Of a stretch of DNA of 64,000 nt, positions 49,201-59,777 are shown piece after piece. Below the pieces are notes generated by a model, which was given only the letters and a program-made list of their open reading frames with translations, did not search any database and was not told the origin of the DNA. This stretch comes from Candidatus Latescibacterota bacterium (GTDB lineage: Bacteria; Latescibacterota; UBA2968; UBA8231). Position numbers and translations under genes: made by a program. Location: positions 1,920,001 through 1,984,000 of the forward strand of contig OZ242214.1 in NCBI GenBank assembly GCA_965206595.1, given 5' to 3'. Every line of letters begins with the position of its first letter. Within the stretch, counting starts at the first letter, position 1.

Positions 49201-50610
49201 ATGAAAATGCACGTAGGAGGCAGATGGATCGACAAAGCCGAGAAGATCGAAGTCCTGAACCCCTTTGATGGTTCCGTGGTGGACACGGTGCCCAAGGGAG
49301 ACGCTGCCGATGTCGACGCGGCGATTACCGCCGCCGCCGAAGGGGCCAGGATCATGGGCGATATGCCTGCGTACGAGCGCTATCAGATTCTACACAAGGC
49401 TTCGGAACTCATGACCGAGCGTCTCGAGGATCTGGCGCGCACGATCACCATGGAAGAGGGCAAGGTGATTTCCGAGGCCCGCATGGAGGCAGCGCGCGCC
49501 ACCGAGACCATCACCCTGTCGGCTGAAGAGGCGAAGCGTCTTACCGGGGAAGTTCTCCAACTCGACGGGGCCTCGAACGGAGCCGGGAAATTCGGGTTTA
49601 CGATCCGCATTCCGGTCGGTATCGTCGCCGCGGTCACGCCGTTCAACTTTCCCCTCAACCTCGTCTGTCACAAGGTCGGTCCTGCGTTGGCCGCCGGAAA
49701 CGCCGTCGTCGTCAAGCCGGCCACCGACACCCCGCTGTCGGCGTTGAAGTTGACGGAAATCCTGCTGGAGGCCGGGGTGCCCAGCGAGGCGATTCAGTGT
49801 GTGACAGGGTCGGGCGGCGTAATTGGGGACGCGATCTCCCGCGACCCCCGGGTGCGCAAGATTTCGTTCACCGGCAGCCGCAACGTCGGCGAACACATCT
49901 GCCGCCAGGCAGGGATCAAGAAAGTCACCATGGAACTCGGTTCGAACGCGCCTGTTATCGTCATGGACGACGCCGATCTCGACAAGGTCACCGACGCCAT
50001 GGCGATGACGGGTTTCGCCAACGCCGGTCAGGTCTGCATCTCGTCTCAGCGCGTTCTCGTCGACGACGGGGTGTACGGCGACGTCATCGATTCCCTGAAA
50101 CCCAAGGTGGAGAGCCTGGCGACCGGCGACCCGCTGGAAGATTCCATGAAGATGGGGCCGATGATTCGCGAGTCGGATGCTGCCCGCGTCAACGAGTGGA
50201 TCCACGAGGCGGTGGGAGCGGGAGCGACGCTGGTCACCGGGGGTGAGCGGACCGGCACGCTTCACCAGCCGACCATCGTCGCCGACGTGAAACCGGAAAT
50301 GCGCATCTCCAGCGAAGAGCTGTTCGGTCCTGCCATCGCCCTGACCCGGGTCGACGACATCGACAAGGCGATCACCATGGCCAACGACAGCAACTACGGT
50401 CTCAGCGCCTCGATATTCACCGAGAACGTCAACCACGCAATGAGGTTTGCGAGAGAGGTTCATTCCGGAAATCTCCACATCAACTTCGGCACTGTCTGGC
50501 GCGCGGACATGATGCCGTACGGCGGGGTCAAGGACAGCGGCATGGGCAAGGAGGGTCCGAAGTACGCCGTGGAAGAAATGACGGAAACCAAGATGGTGGT
50601 ATTCCACTAA
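49201..50610 (+). CDS. Aldehyde dehydrogenase family
   Basis: PFNFP, FTGS, ELGSN, GQVCIS, EELFGP, YGGVKDSG. Confidence 0.94.
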   Translation: MKMHVGGRWIDKAEKIEVLNPFDGSVVDTVPKGDAADVDAAITAAAEGARIMGDMPAYERYQILHKASELMTERLEDLARTITMEEGKVISEARMEAARATETITLSAEEAKRLTGEVLQLDGASNGAGKFGFTIRIPVGIVAAVTPFNFPLNLVCHKVGPALAAGNAVVVKPATDTPLSALKLTEILLEAGVPSEAIQCVTGSGGVIGDAISRDPRVRKISFTGSRNVGEHICRQAGIKKVTMELGSNAPVIVMDDADLDKVTDAMAMTGFANAGQVCISSQRVLVDDGVYGDVIDSLKPKVESLATGDPLEDSMKMGPMIRESDAARVNEWIHEAVGAGATLVTGGERTGTLHQPTIVADVKPEMRISSEELFGPAIALTRVDDIDKAITMANDSNYGLSASIFTENVNHAMRFAREVHSGNLHINFGTVWRADMMPYGGVKDSGMGKEGPKYAVEEMTETKMVVFH

Positions 50611-50777
50611 CGAAAACGGGCATGCGGTGGTGGTTGCGCCGCCAGGCCCGGGGGACGATAACCGACAGATAGTGGGGATTCGAGGGCTGGATGAATGCTT
50701 TCTGCCGGGATGCAGATGGTTCCGGCCATTCTCAGCAGGAGCTCAGCAACCGAACATCCCATGCGCCCCCGGCGCGG

Positions 50778-50810
50778 AAAAAGGGGCTCCTTTTCAGGAG
50801 CCCCTTTTTT
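50778..50810. terminator. Bidirectional rho-independent terminator
   Basis: AAAAAGGGGCTCC-TTTTCA-GGAGCCCCTTTTTT between convergent genes. Confidence 0.85.
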
Positions 50811-50816
50811 GCGTAA

Positions 50817-51660
50817 TCAGGCTCCCGCCCTTCGCAGGAAGGCGGTTCGCAATCGCCCGGAAAGCGAGCCAGGAAGGCCGCATCCGATAGTCGCGCCGTC
50901 GATCGCGACTACCGGCATCACCTCGGTTGCGGTGCCACAGAGGAAAACTTCGTCGGCGTCCAGGTACTCGGCGAGAGCGCTGAACTCCTCGCGAACCGGT
51001 ATCTGCAGATCGCCCGCCAATTCGAGGATGACTTCACGGGTTATCCCTGGAAGGATGTGCGGCCCCTGAGGCGCCGTTTTGAGAACGCCGCCGACCACGC
51101 AGAACGAACTCGTCGACGCCCCTTCCGTCACCCTTTCCGCGCCGTCGATCAGCAACACCTCAAAGGCGCCGACGGCCGCGGCCTCCTGCTTTGCCAGGAC
51201 GTTGGGCAGCAGGGACACGCTTTTGATATCGCACCGTTTCCAGCGCTGATCCTCCAAAGTGATGGTGCGGACGCCTGTTTTCCAGAGGTTTGCGTCCGGC
51301 CTCAGGTTCTTTGAAGGTCATGACGACAGTGGGGGCGATTCCGGAGAAGAACTCGTGCCTCCGCGGAGCGACTCCCCTGCTGATCTGGATGTAAACCAGG
51401 GTCTCTGGGAATCCGGCGCGCTCGATCCCGGAGGCAATCGACCTGGCAACCCCCTGCCCGACGACGTCGTACCCGATTCCCAGCGCGTCGAGACTGCGCT
51501 GCAGGCGTTCGAGGTGACGGTCCATCTCGAACGGAATTCCGCCGTAGGTCGCCATGACCTCGTACACGGCGTCCGCAAACTGAAAGCCGCGATCTTCGAC
51601 CGGCACCACGGCCTGCTCGACAGGAAGAAATAACCCGTTGACGAAAGCTAGTTCGGGCAC
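50817..51660 (-). pseudogene. Class IV (D-amino acid) aminotransferase, split by a single frameshift
   Basis: EDRGFQFADAVYEV..YIQISRG in one frame; RWKRCDIKS..TEGAS..ILPGITR..ADEVF in the next; shift near 51305. Confidence 0.8.
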
Positions 51661-51687
51661 GGTCGATGAAGTGAGCCGATGGCTGCT

Positions 51688-52452
51688 TCAGGAGTGTTGC
51701 AGAGCCGTCCAGAGGGCGCGGTAATAACGCATCAGGCGCACCGCGTCCGGACTTTCGGGAATTTCGGCCAGACAGAATCCCCGGTAGCCCGATTCCGAGA
51801 GCAGTTCGAACAGCCGCCGCCAGGGGTAGTCGTTCCAGAGTTCGGTGATGTGGACGAGGCGGATATCCTCCTGCAGTAGGCCGAAATTCCGGTCGATCGA
51901 CCCGTCCTCCACGTCCTGGGGATTGGAATTCCAGCACACGAACAGGTTGTCCGAGCCGGCGTAGTCGAGGATGGCGCGAATGTTCCGGGGCTCGCAGGTG
52001 ACCGGTCCGTGCACTTCGAGTCTAATCTCGATGCCGGCGTCGCCTGCGAAACCGGCACATTCCGCCAGGGCCTGGCCGATCTGCTCGAACGTCTGCTCCC
52101 GCGGCACGCCCTCATCGTCGTGAACGCGGTTCGGTCTCACCTTGACGCCCGCAGCGCCGAGGTCGGCTGCCAGACGGACGTACTCCTTGGTGCCCTCGAT
52201 GTTGCGGCGCACCTCTCCGGGGTCGATGGCGTCGTATTCGAAGGCGGACCCCAGTCCGGCCAGCTCCACCCCGGACTCCTCGAAACGGGCGCGGACCTCC
52301 GCACGCTCCGCAGCCGAAAACCCCACCTCGACGCCGTGGGCATGGGTGGTGCGCAACTCCACCCCTTCGAAGCCGGTCTCCTCGCAGTTGGCGATAATCG
52401 TGTCCACGTCCCAGTCCCTGGCCAGTTGGTAGGTCACAAGACCCAGCCGCAT
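51688..52452 (-). CDS. Sugar phosphate isomerase/epimerase (TIM barrel)
   Basis: GFEGVELR, IRLEVHG, VCWNS, LVHI, CLAEI. Confidence 0.85.
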   Translation of the reverse strand: MRLGLVTYQLARDWDVDTIIANCEETGFEGVELRTTHAHGVEVGFSAAERAEVRARFEESGVELAGLGSAFEYDAIDPGEVRRNIEGTKEYVRLAADLGAAGVKVRPNRVHDDEGVPREQTFEQIGQALAECAGFAGDAGIEIRLEVHGPVTCEPRNIRAILDYAGSDNLFVCWNSNPQDVEDGSIDRNFGLLQEDIRLVHITELWNDYPWRRLFELLSESGYRGFCLAEIPESPDAVRLMRYYRALWTALQHS

Positions 52453-52790
52453 TTCACCCTACCTCCATCGAAAAAGTCCGTTGCGGAAATCCCCTACTCT
52501 TGTCCATCCGGGCTTCCATGGCCAGCCCGGGACCGTGCTCGGCGAGAATGCCCCACCCCGTCCCCTCGTCGCCGGCAGATGGACTGCCATTGTAAAGAGC
52601 GCTTCGGTGCCGGGGAATCTTTCCTCCGCCGGCTCGAGATCTCTTCAACTCCCTGGGCCATCCCTCCTTCTGAAATCCGAGCTTGGCGCACCCAAGATCC
52701 CTTCGCCCTGTGCGACCGCATTGCCAGCCAATCGACGTCGGCGCAGACCGCATGCCACAGCTGTTCCCTGCCCCTGCCCATCAACGGCCC

Positions 52791-53447
52791 TCAGACTATC
52801 CGGAGCAACCAACGAACGGCGTTGTGCAACAGCAGCTGCACCATCGGGTGCTGCAGGGTTTCCAGGGTGTGGCCGTTGGCCAGGTAGGCTACGCGACCTT
52901 TGCCATACTCGTATGCCCAACCTGCGGGCGATTCCCTGCCATCTCTCCCGATGCTTTTCAAGAGCAGGTTCACCCGCTCGTAATCGAACCACAGGAAGTG
53001 CTGCTCGTCGACGATCTCGAAATCCGAGACACCCGCTGTGATGGGGTGGTCGCCCTGGACGACGCCAACGTCGAAAGGCAAAACCGGAGGATGTCCCTGG
53101 TAGTAGCCGCCCAGAACCCGCCGGTAGAGCCCGTTCCAGGGATAGGCCCACCCCGAATTGTGAAGGGGCAGGAAGCCGCCGCCCCTCCGCACGAAGGCCT
53201 CGACAGCCTCTTCCTGATCGGGCTGCATCCAGACTTCGTACGGCTCCTCGTACCCGTTGGGCCACTCCATGCCGTCACGGAGAATGGCGAGCAGCCGCTT
53301 GCCCTCGAGGTGCTCGTTATCCAGCCTCTTGAAATCGGTTGTGTACTCGATTTCGAGGCCGGCCGACTCTAGCGCGGGTCCGACCCCTGCAAAGGCATCC
53401 TCTGCCTTGTGGTAACGATCTCCGGCCAACAGTATCGCGTCTGCCAT
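52791..53447 (-). CDS. ThuA-like domain protein
   Basis: FVRRGGGFLPLH, GHPP, HPIT, DEQH, YGKGRVAYLANGH. Confidence 0.85.
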   Translation of the reverse strand: MADAILLAGDRYHKAEDAFAGVGPALESAGLEIEYTTDFKRLDNEHLEGKRLLAILRDGMEWPNGYEEPYEVWMQPDQEEAVEAFVRRGGGFLPLHNSGWAYPWNGLYRRVLGGYYQGHPPVLPFDVGVVQGDHPITAGVSDFEIVDEQHFLWFDYERVNLLLKSIGRDGRESPAGWAYEYGKGRVAYLANGHTLETLQHPMVQLLLHNAVRWLLRIV

Positions 53448-54024
53448 TGGTATTCCCCCGCCCCGTCAAAGGATGGTTATCATATGGCAATCCCGCGTCT
53501 TCAACCATGCCTGGTTCAGACCGGGAAGGAAACGACCTATCGGGGCCGAAATTTCAGACGTATCTCAGGACCGGATTTTGAGGGTGCAAATCCCAGGGAA
53601 CGCCTGCTTCATGTTCCCGTTCTCCAGGACGCCGACCTGCTGGAGGCGTATTTGTGCGGGCAAACCTGCGGTGAGCGGACCTCCTCCTTGCCAGAATGGC
53701 CGGTGCCGTGTTGCGAGATGCCACTTCCAGAACTGCTATCTCAACTCAACGGAGCTGACCTGGAGGGGGGGGACCTTGCATACGCCGACTTGCGCTGGAG
53801 CAAACTCTACACAGCCAACCTGAGTGCAGCGCGGCTCGAGTACTGAAGTGTACCCCGTCAACTGGACAGAAAGTTGGGTAAAATAAGGTGCATTTCTCAT
53901 GTTTCCTGGATCGGGGTTGTTCCCCGCACCCAATACCGGTACCGGCCGCCGGATCGTCCTTCTCCGAAGTGGCCTTTATGGGCCTGACCGAGAGGGAGAG
54001 TACGGGCACGGATGTAGATCCCCC

Positions 54025-54849
54025 TCAGGCCGCCCGGTAGACCTGAGCCGGCGTGGCATACCCCAGCGCCTGGTGAAAGCGATCCTGGTTGTAAAAATCG
54101 AAATAGCGATCCACCCCCTGCCGGATCTCGGCTACCGTCTCGTATCCCTTCAGGTAGATGTCCTCGTATTTGAGCGAACGCCACAAGCGCTCGATGAAAA
54201 TGTTGTCCCAGCAGCGCCCGCGGCCGTCCATGCTCATGCGCACCCCGGCGGCCTCGACCCGCTGCGTGAACTCGCTGCTGGTGAATTGCGATCCCTGGTC
54301 GGTGTTGAAAATCTCGGGGCGCCCCTGGGCCAGCGCCTCGTCCAGCGCTTCCAGGCAGAAGGCCGCGTCCAGGGTGTTGGCCAGACGCCAGGAGAGCACG
54401 TAGCGGGAGAACCAATCCATGACCGCCACCAGGTAAACGAAACCGCGTCGCAGCGGCAGGTAGGTGATGTCACTTGCCCATACGAGGTCGGGCCGATCGA
54501 TCACCCGCCGGCGCAGCAGATAGGGGTAGATTCGGTGCGAGGTGTCGGCGGCCGACAGGCGCCGGCGCACAGGGATCGCCTGCAGACCCAGGACCTGCAT
54601 GAGCCGGTGTACGCGTTTGTGATTGACCGCGTAGCCCTCCTGACGCAACGCCTGCACGAGGCGACGCACGCCGTAGAAAGGATAGCGGGTGTAGAGGCGA
54701 TCCAGGGCGTGCATGAGCTCGAGGCCGAACGGGTCCGGCGGCCGCGGCCGATAGTAGTAACTGGATCGCGACAGCCCCAGCAAGGCGCACTGGCGCGCCA
54801 CGCTCACCCGCGTATGGCCGACTTCGATCATCGCCCGGCGCTCAGTCAC
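54025..54849 (-). CDS. IS3 OrfB (DDE integrase core)
   Basis: WASDITY, NTDQGSQF, DNIFIERLWRSLKYE. Confidence 0.93.
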   Translation of the reverse strand: MTERRAMIEVGHTRVSVARQCALLGLSRSSYYYRPRPPDPFGLELMHALDRLYTRYPFYGVRRLVQALRQEGYAVNHKRVHRLMQVLGLQAIPVRRRLSAADTSHRIYPYLLRRRVIDRPDLVWASDITYLPLRRGFVYLVAVMDWFSRYVLSWRLANTLDAAFCLEALDEALAQGRPEIFNTDQGSQFTSSEFTQRVEAAGVRMSMDGRGRCWDNIFIERLWRSLKYEDIYLKGYETVAEIRQGVDRYFDFYNQDRFHQALGYATPAQVYRAA

Positions 54850-55138
54850 CGAGAGATTCGTGTTTTTTTTTCAGCCACTCCAGCTCCACCTGAAGGCGGC
54901 CGATCTGCTGGTAGAGCTCGGGAATCAACGCTGTTTCGTCCCCTTTGCCGGTCCTCGAACCGGGCCGCTGGAAAAGCTCCGGCAGGTGCTCCACCAACTG
55001 CTTCTTCCATCCGCGAATCACGTTGGGATGGAGGGAATACTTGCGCGCCAACTCGCTGATCGTGTACTGCTCGCGGGCCGCCTCCAGGGCGACTTTGGCC
55101 TTGAACTGCGGGGCATGAGAGGTGCGTTTCCTTGCCAT
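54842..55138 (-). CDS. IS3 OrfA (HTH)
   Basis: FKAKVALEA..ELARKYSLHPN..WKKQL; A9-C slippery run at its 3' end for -1 frameshifting into OrfB. Confidence 0.92.
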   Translation of the reverse strand: MARKRTSHAPQFKAKVALEAAREQYTISELARKYSLHPNVIRGWKKQLVEHLPELFQRPGSRTGKGDETALIPELYQQIGRLQVELEWLKKKHESLGD

Positions 55139-55364
55139 CGGTTATCCTCTGGACGGAGATGATTCTCAAATATCGCACCTTAACCAACTGTCCAGTTTTT
55201 GGGGTACATTACATACTCCATGCTCTCCGATGAGGCTATGTCCCGAAAAATGGTGTACGAAGGAGCCGAACAGGGGGTCCAGAGGTGATGCCCGGTGCGG
55301 CTTGGCAACGCTGACAGTTTGCAAAAGCCGGACCCGGTCGAAGGATTCGCCGAACAGGACCCTA

Positions 55365-56087
55365 TCAAAGCAGAACCGCCAGAATCCCCGCACCGCCGAC
55401 CAGTGTCAGGGCGGCCGACCGGTAGGACCGTTCCGAAACGCGCCGCTTCAGGCGCAATCCTGCCAGGAAGCCCACCGCGATTCCAGGAAAGGAACCTGCG
55501 CTCATGGCAATCGTCTCGATTTCCAACAGGCCCCTGGTATGGAAAAAAAGGGCGATAGAGAAATGCAGGATCAGGAAATAACCGATGAGATCCGCTCTCA
55601 AGGCGGTGTGGGGCCATCGCTGCTTTAGCCCCAGAAGGACCACCGGGGGGCCGGTCATGCCGCTGACACCCCCCATCAGGCCACTGAGCAAACCGGCCCC
55701 GCAGGTGGCCATGGCGTTGCTCCTGAAGGGTTTCCCCGAATGCAGGGCCATCATCCCTGCTCCCGTCAAGGCAACCAAGCCCGTCGCCGTGCGCATCAGG
55801 CCGGCGTCGAAGGTCGCGAGAGCGTGAACACCAACGGGTACTCCGACCATGGCGCAGGCGTACAGACGTAATACGCGACCCGCGTTGATTGTGCGAAAAC
55901 AGTTGACGACGAGCAGCAGGGACAGTGGCAGCCAGCTGAGGACCACCACCGGCACTGCCTGGACAGGGGGCAGAACCAGGATGGCTATCGGCGTTGCGAC
56001 CATCGCAAAGCCGAACCCCGTCACCGAAACGACCAAGGCCGCAAACGCGAAGAGGGAGTTGAGGAAGATGGCGGTCGATAAGTCCAT
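55365..56087 (-). CDS. Sulfite exporter TauE/SafE family membrane protein
   Basis: TGFGFAMVATP, GVPVG, GLLSGLMGGVSGMTGPP. Confidence 0.85.
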   Translation of the reverse strand: MDLSTAIFLNSLFAFAALVVSVTGFGFAMVATPIAILVLPPVQAVPVVVLSWLPLSLLLVVNCFRTINAGRVLRLYACAMVGVPVGVHALATFDAGLMRTATGLVALTGAGMMALHSGKPFRSNAMATCGAGLLSGLMGGVSGMTGPPVVLLGLKQRWPHTALRADLIGYFLILHFSIALFFHTRGLLEIETIAMSAGSFPGIAVGFLAGLRLKRRVSERSYRSAALTLVGGAGILAVLL

Positions 56088-56454
56088 CGAAACTACTGAG
56101 GAGGTACGAGGCCGCGTGCGGCTCTCACGAGGCAGGTCCCCCTGGCTTGTTTAGATGGTGTCGGGGGTTGGCAGGCCGTCCCTGGAACGCCGCGCCAATG
56201 GAAAGGCTCCTCAGGCAACTTGGATCAAGCGGGCGGCAACCGGATTTCTGGAGCAGTTTTCGCGGAATGTACGTGGCGGGTGTCGGGCTACAAAACTCCC
56301 GAGCGGGATTTGTTTGTGAAGACCTTCCCGTTCTGCGGCTGCCCACAGACCGGGTGAATCCGTCAAGCAGCCCCGCCGAATCGACACGTGATTCGGGCGC
56401 AATGGCCGGCCGGGCCTGAATGGACTGTTGTTTCTCGCTCGCAGGGCTGAACTT

Positions 56455-58227
56455 ATGCCACTTATGAATGAGCAGGTGGAAACAGGATGCCTTGCCAGGG
56501 CGCGACAGATTTCCAGCACCCTCTTTCCGCATCAGGTAGAAGGGCTGGCGTTCCTGCTGGGCCGCAGGCGCTCGATACTCGCCGACGACATGGGGCTGGG
56601 GAAGACGCGCCAGTCGATTCTCGGGTTGACCGAAGCCACCGACGAAGGACCGTACCTGGTCGTCTGTCCGGCCTCGGTCAAGAGAAACTGGGTGCGTGAG
56701 ATCCTGATGGTTCTTCCCGAAACCGAGACGCATATCGCCGGCCCGGCACCAGTGCCCGAGCCGGGGTACCTTGGCTGGGTGGTCCTCAACTACGACATCC
56801 TTCACCGGCAGATCGGCGCGCTCCTTGCGCACGACTGGAAGGGGCTGGTGTTTGACGAAGCTCACTTCCTCAAGAACCACCGCTCCATCCGCAGCCGAAC
56901 AGGGACGCGCCTAGTCGCCGAGGCCGCCGGCGACCCGGTCGTACACGCCCTTACCGGGACACCGCTGGCCAACAGGCCCCGCGACCTGTTTCCCCTTCTG
57001 CGGCTGGTCGGCCACTCGCTGGGACGCAGTTTCCTCTCCTTCTCGAAGCGCTACTGCAACGGTCACAGGAACGATTATGGGTACTGGGAATCGTCGGGTG
57101 CCAGCAACGTCGAGGAGTTGTCGGTGCAGCTTTACGGTACCATGTTGCGCCGCACCAAAGCGGAAGTTCTCGACCTTCCGGACAAGGTGCGAACGTGGAT
57201 CGACATCGACGTTCCCCAGCGCGCCATCGACCGCATGAACGATGCCGTCGGGCGATTTCTGGGCTCTGATGCGGAGCGCGACCGGCGCGGCTACAGGATG
57301 GGGATCGGGATGCTCCAGGGAGCCCGCCGAACCATGGCCGCGGTAAAGGCCAGGCATACCCTCGAATTCGCGAAGGGAGCTGTAGACCAAGGGGAGAAGG
57401 TCCTTCTGTTTTCCGGGTTCGTGAACCCCATCGAGCGTTTCGCCCACCACTTCGGAAAGCAGGCCGTGGTCATTTCCGGCGAGGTTCCGCAGTCGAGGCG
57501 CCAGGCCCTCGTCGACCGCTTCCAGGAAGAGGAGGAGGTGCGCGTGTACGTCGGGCAAATCCACGCCGGGGGCATGGGGGTCAACCTGACCGCGGCCAGC
57601 CAGGTGATCTTCAACGATCTCGACTGGGTGCCGGCCAATCACTTCCAGGCCGAGGACAGGGCCCACCGCATCGGTCAGACCGGCATCGTCAACGTCACCT
57701 ACATGATAGCCAGGGGCACGATCGAGGAATTCGTGCGCACGGTCCTGGAAACCAAGGCGCAACTGGTGGACGACGTCGTCGAAGGCCGCTCCCTGGGGCC
57801 CGACCTCGACACCGACGTCCTCGCCGAGCTGAAGCGCATGCTCAAGGTCCTTGGACTGCACATGGAGACAGTTAGGGAGGACCTGTCCGGGGAGGATCTG
57901 CTTCTTAGCATGCGGGAAGCGAGCAACGCCTACCTCGAAGATCGAGGTGGCCACCTGCAGCCGGGACTGCGGGCGGCTCTCACCCCGGTTTCGGACCAGG
58001 CGATTCGCGCCCTGGCCAGCGTCCTGACCGGCCCGCGGCGACAGCTGTTCCGCTCCCGCAGCTCGCGGCAGGCTGGCCGGTTCTACAGCCTCGAAGTCGT
58101 CGGCGCGGACATCACCTGCGAGTGCAAGGGGTTTTCCTACCGGGGCGCATGCACCCACGTTCGCGAGTTGAAAGCCTGCCTGGTCGCCAGTTCGGAGCTG
58201 CCGGACGGCTTTGAGAGAATCCAGTGA
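56455..58227 (+). CDS. SNF2-family ATPase/helicase with C-terminal SWIM zinc finger
   Basis: LADDMGLGKT, DEAH, LTGTP, MLRRTK, GVNLT, QAEDRAHRIGQ; CECKGFSYRGACTH. Confidence 0.9.
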   Translation: MPLMNEQVETGCLARARQISSTLFPHQVEGLAFLLGRRRSILADDMGLGKTRQSILGLTEATDEGPYLVVCPASVKRNWVREILMVLPETETHIAGPAPVPEPGYLGWVVLNYDILHRQIGALLAHDWKGLVFDEAHFLKNHRSIRSRTGTRLVAEAAGDPVVHALTGTPLANRPRDLFPLLRLVGHSLGRSFLSFSKRYCNGHRNDYGYWESSGASNVEELSVQLYGTMLRRTKAEVLDLPDKVRTWIDIDVPQRAIDRMNDAVGRFLGSDAERDRRGYRMGIGMLQGARRTMAAVKARHTLEFAKGAVDQGEKVLLFSGFVNPIERFAHHFGKQAVVISGEVPQSRRQALVDRFQEEEEVRVYVGQIHAGGMGVNLTAASQVIFNDLDWVPANHFQAEDRAHRIGQTGIVNVTYMIARGTIEEFVRTVLETKAQLVDDVVEGRSLGPDLDTDVLAELKRMLKVLGLHMETVREDLSGEDLLLSMREASNAYLEDRGGHLQPGLRAALTPVSDQAIRALASVLTGPRRQLFRSRSSRQAGRFYSLEVVGADITCECKGFSYRGACTHVRELKACLVASSELPDGFERIQ

Positions 58228-58397
58228 AGCGCTCTCGCCGAAGCTCATCATGAGACCCCGGGAATGCGAACCAGGACGAACGTCACCGCACGATTGAGAC
58301 TGCAGGCCAGCGGCGCGGGTGTGTGCACGGCGCCGCAAGGAACCGATTGCGCCCGGCAGTGCGCAATCATATCACGCGACCTCGGGAGATTCGAAAA

Positions 58398-59765
58398 ATG
58401 ACCAAAAAGCAGATCGACACAGACTCGGTTCGGGAGCGCGACCGCGCCCACGTTTGGCATCCGCTTTTACAGCACAGCCTGCTCGAACACCAGGACCTGA
58501 TGGTGCTCGACAGGGGAGAAGGCTGTTTCCTCTTCGACAGCGATGGCCGGCGATATCTCGACGGGTACTCCGGACTGTGGAACGTCAATGTCGGCTACGG
58601 ACGCACGGAGATCGCCGCGGCCGTGCACGAACAGCTGCAGCGGCTCCCCTATTATCCGCAGTCCCAGATCAACGAGCCCGCGGCGACGCTGGCCTCCCGC
58701 CTGGCGGAGATTCTACCCGGCGACTTGGGCCACGTGTTCTATTCCAACAGCGGCTCCGAGGCGAACGAGACCGCCTTCAAGATCGCCCGGCAGTACGGCC
58801 GCCAGAAGTTCCCGGGGCAGAATCGCTACAAGATCATCTCACGATACCAGGGATATCACGGATTCACCTTCGGGGCGATGTCGGCGACCGGCCAGACGAG
58901 CCGGCGCTCGAAGTTCGAGCCCCTGGTACCTGGATTCCTGCATGTCGATCCCCCTTACTGCTTCCGCTGTCCCCTGAAGCTGACGTACCCCAGTTGCGGT
59001 ATTGCATGTGTCGAGGAAGTCGAGGAAGTGATCAGACGTGAAGATCCGGAAACAGTGGCGGCGGTGGTTGCCGAACCTGTCATCGGAGGGGGTGGGGTGA
59101 TCGTACCTCCCGACGAGTACCTTCCTCGCCTGCGAGCGATCTGCGACCGTTACGGAGTTTTGCTTATTCTCGACGAGGTGATCACAGGTTTCGGCCGCAC
59201 CGGAGCGCTCTTCGCCGCCCAGCACTGGGACGTGGTGCCCGATATTATGACACTCGCCAAGGGGGTGACGAGCGGCTACCTGCCACTGGCTGCATGCGCC
59301 GTCCTCCCCCACGTCTTCGAGACCTTTCTCGGAGCGCCCGGAGAGCAGCGCGAGCTGGCCCAGGTTTCGACCTACGGAGGCCATCCGGCCTGTTGTGCGG
59401 CGGCCTTGGCCAACATCGATATACTGCTGAATGAGGGATTGACCGAGAACGCCGCAACAGTCGGTTCCTATCTACTGGAACAGCTCGCTGCGCTACGATC
59501 ACCGGTGCTGGGAGACGTGCGTGGCAAGGGGTTGATGCTGGCGCTGGAGCTGACCGAGCCGGGAGGCAGGGAGCTGCTGAACGCCGGTGCAACGGCTGCG
59601 GTGAAGAGTGCCATACGGGACGCCGGCGTCATCGTCGGACAGATGAGCCACGTGATCCCGGCGCCGGAGAGCATCCTCTATCTGGCGCCCCCGCTGATTC
59701 TGACCGCGGCAGAGGCGGACATGATCGTCGAAGTAGTGACCGCGGGGCTGGGGGCAGCGGCGTAG
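58398..59765 (+). CDS. Class III (omega-amino acid) aminotransferase
   Basis: SGLWNVNVGYG, SGSEANE, YHG, DEVITGFGRTG, LAKGVTSGY. Confidence 0.93.
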   Translation: MTKKQIDTDSVRERDRAHVWHPLLQHSLLEHQDLMVLDRGEGCFLFDSDGRRYLDGYSGLWNVNVGYGRTEIAAAVHEQLQRLPYYPQSQINEPAATLASRLAEILPGDLGHVFYSNSGSEANETAFKIARQYGRQKFPGQNRYKIISRYQGYHGFTFGAMSATGQTSRRSKFEPLVPGFLHVDPPYCFRCPLKLTYPSCGIACVEEVEEVIRREDPETVAAVVAEPVIGGGGVIVPPDEYLPRLRAICDRYGVLLILDEVITGFGRTGALFAAQHWDVVPDIMTLAKGVTSGYLPLAACAVLPHVFETFLGAPGEQRELAQVSTYGGHPACCAAALANIDILLNEGLTENAATVGSYLLEQLAALRSPVLGDVRGKGLMLALELTEPGGRELLNAGATAAVKSAIRDAGVIVGQMSHVIPAPESILYLAPPLILTAAEADMIVEVVTAGLGAAA

Positions 59766-59777
59766 CACCGCTGCGTC

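Larger units (their letters stand above)
53844..55213 (-). mobile_element. Intact IS3-family element
   Basis: TIRs TGAAGTGTACCCCGTCAACTGGACAG / TGTAATGTACCCCAAAAACTGGACAG; TAC duplication at 53841-53843 and 55214-55216. Confidence 0.95.
53484..55288 (+). pseudogene. Pentapeptide-repeat protein pseudogene interrupted by IS3
   Basis: ADLLE/AYLCG, a shifted-frame ANLR*/ADLLL/ARMAG, then ADLEG/GDLAY/ADLRW/ANLSA/ARLEY; frame resumes at 55214. Confidence 0.7.

Noticed and set aside
52454-52790. ORFs in the gap between the TIM-barrel and ThuA genes
   Set aside because: Arg/Gly-rich shadow-like translations with no motif or RBS
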